From Caecitellus pseudoparvulus (taxonomy: Eukaryota; Protista; Bigyra: Bicosoecida), in the NCBI GenBank assembly GCA_965644315.1, contig CBFFRQ010000091.1, forward strand, positions 1 to 64,000: 64,000 nucleotides of DNA, in the 5' to 3' direction. The notes below the pieces were generated by a model that did no database searches, was not told the DNA's origin, and saw nothing but the letters and a program-made list of their open reading frames with translations. The position numbers and the translations under genes are program-made. Positions within the stretch are counted from its first letter, which is position 1, and every line of letters starts with the position of its first letter. Below, in pieces: positions 1 to 8,600 of the stretch.

Positions 1-43
1 CCTTGTTTTGATCTTGAAATCATATTATATAAGTAATATATAA

Positions 44-517
44 ATGTCAGAATTTACAAAAACTATTTACTCAATGACAGAATTCAAAAAAGATTTTGAA
101 ACATGTTTAAATATGTTTGATTACATTCTTCATAAGGTGAAAGATTCTCCGTTAGAAGACCGAATTGATTTGAGTTTGAGAACAAGACAAGAGAATTTAC
201 AACATTTATTTAATGTTTATCATGATTGCGTAAAAATTGATGAATATAAGAGTGATTGTAATTTAATAAGATGTAGAATTAAGCGATTATCTGAAGAAGA
301 TGACAAAGACTTTAGGAGAGAATACAACAGACTATACACATACAGACTAAGAAAGGAAATTACATTAGAACATTGGAAAGATATTTATGAAAGATTAAAA
401 AAGAAGTATAGAAGAAAGGGAAGAGAAAGAGAAGCTAGAAGAAAGAAAATAGAAAGACAAGATAAATTAGATTTTGATAAATGGACTAAAATGAAAAAAA
501 TTACAATGATAATATAA
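44..517 (+). CDS. Virophage hypothetical protein (basic, helical)
   Basis: 157-aa ATG ORF with AT-rich codon use, TATATA just upstream and a hairpin downstream; no recognisable motif. Confidence 0.65.
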   Translation: MSEFTKTIYSMTEFKKDFETCLNMFDYILHKVKDSPLEDRIDLSLRTRQENLQHLFNVYHDCVKIDEYKSDCNLIRCRIKRLSEEDDKDFRREYNRLYTYRLRKEITLEHWKDIYERLKKKYRRKGREREARRKKIERQDKLDFDKWTKMKKITMII

Positions 518-561
518 TGACAATAGAAATATAAATTAAGAAGCAAGATATAAGTATTTAT

Positions 562-596
562 ATTTTGTTTTAAATATCATTATTTTAGATCAAAAT
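562..596 (+). terminator. Imperfect AT-rich intergenic hairpin (putative polyadenylation signal)
   Basis: ATTTTGTTTTAAA...TTTAGATCAAAAT inverted repeat between ORF 44-517 and ORF 617-2599. Confidence 0.45.
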
Positions 597-616
597 TAAA
601 ACACTATTATATATAT

Positions 617-2599
617 ATGAAACAACAAATATATAAACTTAGAAAGGCAGAATTAAGAAGGCTTTATAAAGAGTTATATGGTAAATATCCACCTACACAA
701 CTAAAAAAAACAGCATTACAAGAGCTCTTATTTGCAAGCTTACAAGGTGGCGGAATCGGTGATTTTTTGCGTAAGGGTGCAAATTCTACGTTTTCTTTTT
801 TAAAAAAGGGATATAATACAATTAAAAACAAAGTACAGCCAATTAATACATTGGAAGATAAAATAACAAAACCCTTTAACTATCGCACAGAATACACCAA
901 TGAAACAAAACGCACATTAAAAGAAGTTGGTGATAAACCAATAAATAATATTATGATTGTCCGAACACCAGTTCAAAAAACCTTAATTAATATATTAAAT
1001 ACGCTATCATTTGGTTATTTTAAGGAACTTATGCATAAATACGGTTTTGATAAGTTCTTTCATCTTTCTCTTGTTTGCTCAATTGATGGGCGTTATGTTG
1101 TAGTTGAAAAAAATGCAGAAATTAACGTTTCTTTTAATGTAAAACAAAATAAGCACAGTGAAAGCACACCAATTGAAAAATATCAAGGTGGTCTAACATT
1201 AAACCAAATGCTAGATACCACAAGGCAATTTATGGGTGATAGTAAATTTTATGATTATGATGCTTTTACGAATAATTGTCAAAATTTTATATTATCAATT
1301 TTAGAAGCTAATAATTTAAGCAGTGAACGAACAACAAAGTTTATATATCAGGACATAAGCGATATTTACGATACTTTGAAAAATAAAGCGTCCTATTTAT
1401 CACCTGTAAGCAAAGTAGCCACACGTTTAGGGACTTGGTGGAATAAAATAACTGGTGCAGGGTCAATATTAACAAAAAAGAAGCCTCAAAATTACGGAAT
1501 TGATACAATAGAAATAATAAAAGCTCTTTCATTTAATATAAATAATGTTGAGGTTATGGGTTCATCAGCAATAAAAGCAACTCTTTATCCTTCTGATTTT
1601 GATTTATATGAAACAGTAAAAGTTGATAATTTAAATAAGTTTGTTAAAGAATTTCAAAATAAAATTAAACAGCTAATAAAAGCACAAAATATATATTTAG
1701 TTTATGATGACATAAAAATAGGTGAATATAGACCATTTGAAATTTTACCCAATATTTATAAGAAAAATGATAAATTAATAGGATACAAACCAAACCAAAT
1801 AAAGGAAGATATAAAAAATAAATTATCATTTTTGAGCCAAACGGAAAAATCAAAATTATTTAAATTACTAAAAGAGAAACCAACGCCAGCAGAACTAAGC
1901 GAAATAAAAGACGCTTTAAGATTTCATATTATGCGTTGGACTGCTGATGAGGTATTGCAAGGAAAGAAAACACTTCTAAATGGTAAAACAATTACACTAA
2001 AAGAAGCATTTAAAACAGATGGACTAATAAAAATTGACGCTTTAGGCTTCACAAGAAATAAATATATGGATTTTTCCATAATATATGAATTAAGAGATAA
2101 ACAGAACAAAAGAATAAATAATTTTCGTGTTAATGTGAAAGATACTTTAAATGAACAAATAAAAACCTATTTAATGGATGGTCAGTATTACAAAGCTTTA
2201 AAAAGAGAGTATTCAAAACTAAAGCATATTTATACATACAATAAAAGCCAAACTGTAAAAGATCAAACATTAAAGAGACTAAAAGAATTAACAAATTTTT
2301 TTAATGGTGAGGTAGGAATATTATATAGTGTAATTAATGATATTGTAGCTATTTTAACATTAATATCTTTGGAAAAAAAGACCGACAATAAGAAAATAAA
2401 AAACACAATAGAAAGTTTTATATATAGATTGTCAAACATATATAGCGTAAATTCATTTTTGAATAAAGAAAAATACATTCTACAAACTATAAGAGCCATA
2501 CTAAGAAACCCTCAAGGTATGGAAGGAAAACTAAACAAATTAAAAGATATACTAAAAAATATTCTAAATAATTACACTAAGAATTTTATTTTACGCTAA
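617..2599 (+). CDS. Virophage protein: permuted papain-like (PPPDE/LRAT-type) peptidase domain plus Pol-beta-superfamily nucleotidyltransferase domain
   Basis: His before Cys in FFHLSLV...YDAFTNNCQNF. NTase signature hG[GS]x9-13DhDh in VMGSSAIKATLYPSDFDL, with candidate third acid in IKIDAL/MDFS. Confidence 0.6.
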   Translation: MKQQIYKLRKAELRRLYKELYGKYPPTQLKKTALQELLFASLQGGGIGDFLRKGANSTFSFLKKGYNTIKNKVQPINTLEDKITKPFNYRTEYTNETKRTLKEVGDKPINNIMIVRTPVQKTLINILNTLSFGYFKELMHKYGFDKFFHLSLVCSIDGRYVVVEKNAEINVSFNVKQNKHSESTPIEKYQGGLTLNQMLDTTRQFMGDSKFYDYDAFTNNCQNFILSILEANNLSSERTTKFIYQDISDIYDTLKNKASYLSPVSKVATRLGTWWNKITGAGSILTKKKPQNYGIDTIEIIKALSFNINNVEVMGSSAIKATLYPSDFDLYETVKVDNLNKFVKEFQNKIKQLIKAQNIYLVYDDIKIGEYRPFEILPNIYKKNDKLIGYKPNQIKEDIKNKLSFLSQTEKSKLFKLLKEKPTPAELSEIKDALRFHIMRWTADEVLQGKKTLLNGKTITLKEAFKTDGLIKIDALGFTRNKYMDFSIIYELRDKQNKRINNFRVNVKDTLNEQIKTYLMDGQYYKALKREYSKLKHIYTYNKSQTVKDQTLKRLKELTNFFNGEVGILYSVINDIVAILTLISLEKKTDNKKIKNTIESFIYRLSNIYSVNSFLNKEKYILQTIRAILRNPQGMEGKLNKLKDILKNILNNYTKNFILR

Positions 2600-2627
2600 G
2601 AAAAAAATATAATTAGTTATATTATAA

Positions 2628-3200
2628 ATGTCGCAAATAAAAAATGAAGATTTAAGAGATTTGCTATTGAATATAGAAAGAGAAAGAACCCTTGAAACTT
2701 CAACCGTCATGAATGGTGGTAGAAGCTATGGCGAACTTAACACCGAACCATACACAGATAAACGCTTAGAAGGTCTATTAGGAAGCACAAAAAGAACCGT
2801 AGGAGGGAAAAGAGCAAGAAAAGCAAAAGTTCCAGACCGTGAACAGGGTGATTTTTCAGGTGGACAGGTACTAGGGAAAAAATATGCGGAAGAATTACAA
2901 AAGCATTTAAATTTAAAAGGTGGTGAGAGCTTCTGGGAAGGTTTTAAACGAGGGTTTAATAATGTAATAAAGCCAATTACAAAAGTTGTAAAAAAAGTAA
3001 GCCCTATATTACCATACGGAGATAAAATTAAAGCAGGGCTTGAAATAGCAGGGTATGGCAAAATGAAGAAAGCTAAAAAACCCAGAAAATTAAGTGAAAA
3101 ACAGAAGAAACGTAATAAATTAGTTTCACAACTGATGAAAGAGCATAATATGAGCCTTGGAGAAGCATCAAAATATATAAAAAGAAATAATTTAATTTAA
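2628..3200 (+). CDS. Basic virion core-like protein with multiple diglycine (xxGG) cleavage motifs
   Basis: MNGG, TVGG, FSGG and LKGG motifs; Lys/Arg-rich; C-terminal LVSQLMKEHNMSLGEASKYIK helix resembling small virophage core proteins. Confidence 0.6.
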   Translation: MSQIKNEDLRDLLLNIERERTLETSTVMNGGRSYGELNTEPYTDKRLEGLLGSTKRTVGGKRARKAKVPDREQGDFSGGQVLGKKYAEELQKHLNLKGGESFWEGFKRGFNNVIKPITKVVKKVSPILPYGDKIKAGLEIAGYGKMKKAKKPRKLSEKQKKRNKLVSQLMKEHNMSLGEASKYIKRNNLI

Positions 3201-3239
3201 AAACGACTTAAAAAGAAGAAAATAAATATAATTAATAAA

Positions 3240-3917
3240 ATGGTAAATTATAAAGATGGTAAAATTTATAAGCTTGTTGGTGGTGGTTTAACTTATATTG
3301 GCTCAACTACTCAGAGACTATCGAAGCGAAAATCACAACATAAAACAGCTAAAAAAAGAATATGCACTTCCAATGAATTAGTTAAATATGATGATTTTGA
3401 TATTATACTAATTGAAAATTTTCCGTGTGAAAGTAAGGAAGAATTACACGCAAGAGAACGATATTATATTGAAAATACAGAATGCGTAAATAAAGTTATA
3501 CCAACAAGAACACATAAAGAATATCATAAAATTTGGTATGAAGATAATAAAGAAAGAATTAAAGAAAAAGGGAAGGCATATAGAGAAGCCAATAAAGAAG
3601 AAATTAAAAAGAGAAAAAAGAAATATAGAGAAGCAAATAAAGAGAAAATTAAAGAGAAGGGTAAAGCATACCGAGAAGCTAATAAACAAAAAGTTCAAAA
3701 TTATCATAAATCTTGGTATGAAGAAAATAAAGATAAACTTAAAGCGAAAAGAGAGGCAAATAAAGAAAGAATAAGAAAACAACGAAAAGCATATAGAGAA
3801 GTAAATAAAGAACGAATTAGACAGAAGAATAAAGAATATAGAGAAGCAAACAGAGAAGAAATAAACCAAAAGAAAAGAGCATATTATCAAGAAATGAAAG
3901 CGAAAGCCAAAGAATAA
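3240..3917 (+). CDS. GIY-YIG endonuclease with C-terminal basic helical repeats
   Basis: GKIYKL...TYIGST..RLSKRKSQH...ELHARERYYI..CVN catalytic module followed by repeated YREANKExIK units. Confidence 0.88.
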   Translation: MVNYKDGKIYKLVGGGLTYIGSTTQRLSKRKSQHKTAKKRICTSNELVKYDDFDIILIENFPCESKEELHARERYYIENTECVNKVIPTRTHKEYHKIWYEDNKERIKEKGKAYREANKEEIKKRKKKYREANKEKIKEKGKAYREANKQKVQNYHKSWYEENKDKLKAKREANKERIRKQRKAYREVNKERIRQKNKEYREANREEINQKKRAYYQEMKAKAKE

Positions 3918-3945
3918 ACAAAATCATTTATTAGATTAAATTTTA

Positions 3946-3978
3946 TTTTATTGTTATTTAATTAATATAACAATAAAA
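3946..3978 (+). terminator. AT-rich intergenic hairpin (putative polyadenylation signal)
   Basis: TTTTATTGTTAT / ATAACAATAAAA, 12-bp perfect stem. Confidence 0.6.
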
Positions 3979-4000
3979 AAAAAGATTTGTTATTATATAT

Positions 4001-5740
4001 ATGAGTAATCAAGAGAAAAGAAATTTATTTCACTCAAAATTTGCTAATTATTCAAGAAACAACGTAATAAATAAATTAAAGCAAACGGCCACAAATGAGC
4101 ACCGGTTTCTAAAAGGTTTAAATAGACTACCCAAACCACAACCTCAGGGATCATTTAATCGGCTTGATAGTTTTAATGGAAATAGTAATCAATTAAATTA
4201 TAATCAAATATTAGGAAGTATGCGAGGTGGCGTTCTTCGTGATAATACAAAAGTAAGAGATCAATTAAAGAAAAGAGCGGAACAACTAAAAGAGCTAAAT
4301 TTAGGACTTAAACCTTCTAAAAATGAAGATATAGAAACACCTGAAACCGTGAAAACATCATTTGAATTATTCTTTAGTGAGCTTTCAAACGTTGATTTTT
4401 CTTTAAAGGAAGTTACGAATAATGCTAAAGAAGCTAAGCAAGTGTTAGGAAATTTAAAAGCATACGGTTTGGGCTTATCTATTAATTCGCTTGAGAGATA
4501 CTCGCAAATAGTAGAAACACATTTAGATAATTATTTGGGAAACATGGATAAATTATTTATAGGTCGTGATTTATTCGGTAAATTTATTACTGATAAAGGC
4601 TCAGGAGAAGGACGCACCGAAAATAAAATAGCTTCTACCTACATTGATTATTTAGAACGTATTGACTACTACGAGGTTATTTTTAAAATATACTTAGTTT
4701 TACAATCCTTAATAAATAGCTACAATATGAACCCATCCGACAGACAACAAAAATTTAACGGTGATTTTAACCAAATAATAAAAGCCAAAAAGAATGATTT
4801 ATTTAATGAAGACATGAGGCGAATTAATGAAGAGGTTAAAAAAGGAGTTGATAATTTAAAGGATTTACTTCCAAGAAGTGCATATCAAGAAATTGAAAGA
4901 TTTGTAAGACAATACAAAGATAAAAGAGACAGCGACCAACGCACCGCAAATTTAACTGATCGGAAAGATGTTAAAAAAAAAATAAAAGAAGCTAAGGAAA
5001 CGGAAGAAAAATATGAAAGGGAACAAGATAAAGCGAAAAGAATTCAGAAACTGGAAGAAGCAATTCAAGAGCAAAATCAAACTAAAAATGACTTACAAAG
5101 AGAATATGAAGACCTTTTATTTGATGTACAGGAATTAGAAACAAAATACGAAGCATTTCAAAGAGAAAAACAAAGCCGATTAGTAGAAATTGAAAGACAG
5201 AAAGGAAGATTAAAGCAAGCAATAGCAAAGCATGTAAGAAATAGACAAAGAAAAGGCGATTATGTGGTGGACACACCCACAAAGCAAAACTACGAAGGAC
5301 GTTTAGATGCTGAAGAAGAAAAAAGGGAAATAATCTTTGAAGAAGAAAAGGAGTTTAATATAAGAATGAACGAATTAGCCAAACAAACCGAAAAATTGGA
5401 GAAGACATTGGAAGAATTAAGACAAAGCATAAATGAAAAAGAAATACAACTAAGGACATTGAAGAGCAAGAAAGGCAAAGACGACACAGCAGAACAAGCC
5501 CAACCAGTAGCAGACCGAACAAGAGGGCAGAAAGGCAGAAAAAAAGGAGATGTTCAACCGGAAATAATGGATATGTTCCGTGAAGGGGAGGGAGAAGAAA
5601 GCGACGAGGACGACTCACTACTTGGACAAGGACGATATTTGAGTCCTGAACAATTTACTCAAAAATTTATTGTTGGTTCTGGTTTTCATTTGACAGATAT
5701 AGGAAAAAAAATAAATGAAACTTTCGGATGGTTTCAATAA
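4001..5740 (+). CDS. Virophage coiled-coil protein, unknown function
   Basis: 579-aa ORF with a long E/K/Q-rich heptad region and an MRGG motif near the N-terminus. Confidence 0.7.
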   Translation: MSNQEKRNLFHSKFANYSRNNVINKLKQTATNEHRFLKGLNRLPKPQPQGSFNRLDSFNGNSNQLNYNQILGSMRGGVLRDNTKVRDQLKKRAEQLKELNLGLKPSKNEDIETPETVKTSFELFFSELSNVDFSLKEVTNNAKEAKQVLGNLKAYGLGLSINSLERYSQIVETHLDNYLGNMDKLFIGRDLFGKFITDKGSGEGRTENKIASTYIDYLERIDYYEVIFKIYLVLQSLINSYNMNPSDRQQKFNGDFNQIIKAKKNDLFNEDMRRINEEVKKGVDNLKDLLPRSAYQEIERFVRQYKDKRDSDQRTANLTDRKDVKKKIKEAKETEEKYEREQDKAKRIQKLEEAIQEQNQTKNDLQREYEDLLFDVQELETKYEAFQREKQSRLVEIERQKGRLKQAIAKHVRNRQRKGDYVVDTPTKQNYEGRLDAEEEKREIIFEEEKEFNIRMNELAKQTEKLEKTLEELRQSINEKEIQLRTLKSKKGKDDTAEQAQPVADRTRGQKGRKKGDVQPEIMDMFREGEGEESDEDDSLLGQGRYLSPEQFTQKFIVGSGFHLTDIGKKINETFGWFQ

Positions 5741-5811
5741 GAGTTTTCAAAAAATATTAAAACTATTTGACCCTCCACTAAGCAGACACTAAAACAATAA
5801 CATTTTTTAAC

Positions 5812-5844
5812 TTTTTGTAAATTTTTTCTTGAAATTTATAAAAA
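5812..5844 (+). terminator. AT-rich intergenic hairpin
   Basis: TTTTTGTAAATTT / AAATTTATAAAAA, 13-bp stem with one G-T pair. Confidence 0.55.
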
Positions 5845-5868
5845 AAATATACACTATTATTATATAAA

Positions 5869-6648
5869 ATGGTTGGCTTTGAATTGCTAGATTATAATAA
5901 CTCAAAAATTAAAAAAGGTTCATTTAATCCAATAGCTATTGTTAAAGGTGATGAACACCATAAGGATTTTAATAAATTATTATGTCTCAGTGATAAACAC
6001 AGCGGAAAAAAACGAATTGATTTACCAGCGGATTTAATATATAATATATTACCAAATACAAAGAAAGGAAAACGAGACATTTTCTATATTGCCGGTGCTT
6101 CTGGCTCTGGTAAATCATACCAAGCTAAAATAATAATAAATAATTATCATAGGTTAAATCCTGAATTACCAATTTATTTAATTTCTAAACTTACAGAAGA
6201 CGAAACATTGGATGAATTAGATTTCATCACAAGGGTTGATATTGAGGATTTTGTTGATGCATTTGATATTAATAACGAAGAGAATGAAGGATTTTATATT
6301 TTTGATGATTTTGAAACTTTAGAAAAGCAGATTTTAAATGAGGTATTAAAAATTATTGATGATATATGCATTATGGGTCGTCATAAAAATATGAGCCTTT
6401 GTTATATTGCTCATAATTTGACAAATTATAAAAAAACACGTTTAATTTTGAATGAATCAACACATATTATAATTTTCCCTCAAAATTCAAGCTCTCACCA
6501 ATTGGGCTATTTATTAAAGAATTATGGAAATTGTGATAAAGAACAAGTTAAACAATTGAAAAAATTGGGGCGTTGGTGTTGTGTTTTTTGTAATTATCCA
6601 AATTTAGTATTATCTTCAAATAGTGCATATTTACTCCATACAGATTAA
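5869..6648 (+). CDS. DNA packaging ATPase (FtsK-HerA/A32-like)
   Basis: Walker A IAGASGSGKS, Walker B YIFDD, GRHKNMS arginine-finger motif; first gene of the morphogenesis module. Confidence 0.93.
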   Translation: MVGFELLDYNNSKIKKGSFNPIAIVKGDEHHKDFNKLLCLSDKHSGKKRIDLPADLIYNILPNTKKGKRDIFYIAGASGSGKSYQAKIIINNYHRLNPELPIYLISKLTEDETLDELDFITRVDIEDFVDAFDINNEENEGFYIFDDFETLEKQILNEVLKIIDDICIMGRHKNMSLCYIAHNLTNYKKTRLILNESTHIIIFPQNSSSHQLGYLLKNYGNCDKEQVKQLKKLGRWCCVFCNYPNLVLSSNSAYLLHTD

Positions 6649-6684
6649 TAATTTTTTACAACTATATTAATATATAGCTATAAA

Positions 6685-7269
6685 ATGAATAATGACAACG
6701 TAGAAAAAAATAAACAATTGAGGGAATCTTTAAAGGCTCAATATTTAAGTAATGATGATTTAGATTATATTTTACATCCTGACACTAACATTTATCCATA
6801 TAATCAACTTTATAATTTTAGACATATTGACGAAATATTTGATAAATTAGGACGTTGTATTTTATTGTATCCTACACACAGCGAGACAGTGGGGCATTGG
6901 GTGTGCATAATAAAGAGAAATAATACAATTGAATACTTTGACCCTTACGGCTTCCCCCCTGATACATCAATACAAAATTTAGGAACACCTCAAGACGTAG
7001 CGAAACGCACAGGACAAGATATACCAAAATTATTAAAAATGATTCAAGAAGCAGGATATAATTTAGAATACAATAATAAAAAATTTCAAAAACTAGGCGA
7101 TAATATAGGAACGTGTGGAAGACATACAGCATCAAGGCTAATATTTCATAAACTACCATTAAAAAAGTATTCTAAATTATTGAATGAACTAAAAAATAAA
7201 CATTTGAAGGATTATGACGATATAGTAACTAAATTAACACACGACTTACTAACAAAAATAAAAAATTAA
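6685..7269 (+). CDS. Virion maturation cysteine protease (adenain/Ulp1-like)
   Basis: GHWVC, EYFDPYG, FQ...TCGRH give the His-Asp-Cys triad and oxyanion Gln. Confidence 0.93.
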   Translation: MNNDNVEKNKQLRESLKAQYLSNDDLDYILHPDTNIYPYNQLYNFRHIDEIFDKLGRCILLYPTHSETVGHWVCIIKRNNTIEYFDPYGFPPDTSIQNLGTPQDVAKRTGQDIPKLLKMIQEAGYNLEYNNKKFQKLGDNIGTCGRHTASRLIFHKLPLKKYSKLLNELKNKHLKDYDDIVTKLTHDLLTKIKN

Positions 7270-7297
7270 TATTAAATTAGATCAGTACTTAAGATTA

Positions 7298-7329
7298 TTT
7301 TATTATTTTGATTTTACAAAATAATAAAA
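7298..7329 (+). terminator. AT-rich intergenic hairpin
   Basis: TTTTATTATTTTG / CAAAATAATAAAA, 13-bp perfect stem, 6-nt loop. Confidence 0.6.
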
Positions 7330-7363
7330 AGACAAAATAAAAATATGGAATAAATATATATAA

Positions 7364-8500
7364 ATGAACTTTTCACGAATGCAGAAAGAACAAGATAGTA
7401 TTTATTATAATATTGATATTATTAATGGCCGTACCGAATCCCAAGGCATAGCAAACGATCCAAGGGCATCATTTAATGAAACGAGAGATATACCAATTAT
7501 TAGAGATATTTCAAATTACAAAATGGCAATAATGAGATTTACAATTAATGGACTTCAAGATATACCTTTATTTATTCCTCATATTGAACCAAATCAAACA
7601 AACCCAAATAAAACAATTTACTCTGTTAAAATGGCCTATCTTCATACTAATTTAACGCTTTATGAAAGCTCTCAAAATGTTATTTGGTCTCCTGAAGACC
7701 CAGATTTTGAACCCCCAAATAATCCATTTACAACGCAGAAAATGGAATATGAATATTATTATTGTAATTCATACAATCATTTTATAACACTTGTTAATAA
7801 TGCTCTTTCAAGTGCAATAGCAGATATAAACGCACAGGTAAAAGTTGATGACCCCAGCTTCACAGATTTAAAAACATCATTTTTAGTTTATGAACCTTCA
7901 AAAAAGAAATTTGATTTTTATATTTTAGATAACCTTAATCTAAAAGTTTTTTTTAATAGCAACCTTTATAATTTAATTGGATTCTTTCCTCACGAATTAG
8001 ATGATGACAATGAACAGCAAAAATATAGAATTTTACCAAGGAATACAGCAGGGCTTAATAGTGTAGTACTTAGTATAGGGGGTGATGATACAAATTACGT
8101 AAAAGTTGAACAAGAAAGCATAAGCTTGGGGTCTTATTGGTCGCCTGTTTCTTCTATCGTCTTTACATCTTCAATACTTCCAATTATTCCTGAAGGGGTC
8201 GCCCAGCCTATTACATTCGGAAGCAGTAATACAACAAGCCCCACCGATTCCAGCAGTAATTATGAAAGTATTATTACCGATATAGCCCTAACTTTGGATG
8301 ATGCATATGAATATAAGCAATTCATTAGCTACATTCCACAAGGCCCGCCAAGATGGATAAGTTTAACAAATAATGCAGAAGCTATAAGAAGTATAAATAT
8401 TAATGTTTTTTGGAAAGCTAGATTAACAGGAGAATTAATACCAATAAAATTAAGCAATCTTTCAAATGTTTCTATGAAGTTTTTATTCACCAAGAAATGA
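7364..8500 (+). CDS. Minor capsid protein (penton)
   Basis: Virophage penton motifs IYYNIDIIN, FNETRDIPI, IMRF...IPLFIP, WSPVSSIVFTS..LPI, ITDI, ININVFWK, MKFLFTKK; directly upstream of MCP. Confidence 0.9.
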   Translation: MNFSRMQKEQDSIYYNIDIINGRTESQGIANDPRASFNETRDIPIIRDISNYKMAIMRFTINGLQDIPLFIPHIEPNQTNPNKTIYSVKMAYLHTNLTLYESSQNVIWSPEDPDFEPPNNPFTTQKMEYEYYYCNSYNHFITLVNNALSSAIADINAQVKVDDPSFTDLKTSFLVYEPSKKKFDFYILDNLNLKVFFNSNLYNLIGFFPHELDDDNEQQKYRILPRNTAGLNSVVLSIGGDDTNYVKVEQESISLGSYWSPVSSIVFTSSILPIIPEGVAQPITFGSSNTTSPTDSSSNYESIITDIALTLDDAYEYKQFISYIPQGPPRWISLTNNAEAIRSININVFWKARLTGELIPIKLSNLSNVSMKFLFTKK

Positions 8501-8527
8501 AACTCAATTATAAAAATTAAATACATA

Positions 8528-8559
8528 TAAATATTTTTTTAAAAACAAAGAAATATTTA
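8528..8559 (+). terminator. AT-rich intergenic hairpin
   Basis: TAAATATTTTTTT / AAAGAAATATTTA, 13-bp stem with one T-G pair. Confidence 0.55.
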
Positions 8560-8600
8560 GTTTATAAAATAATTTTTTCTAAAAGTTATATATATATATT

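Noticed and set aside
3444-3890. Hydrophobic Phe-rich minus-strand ORF
   Set aside because: Antisense shadow of the Lys/Glu repeats of the GIY-YIG gene
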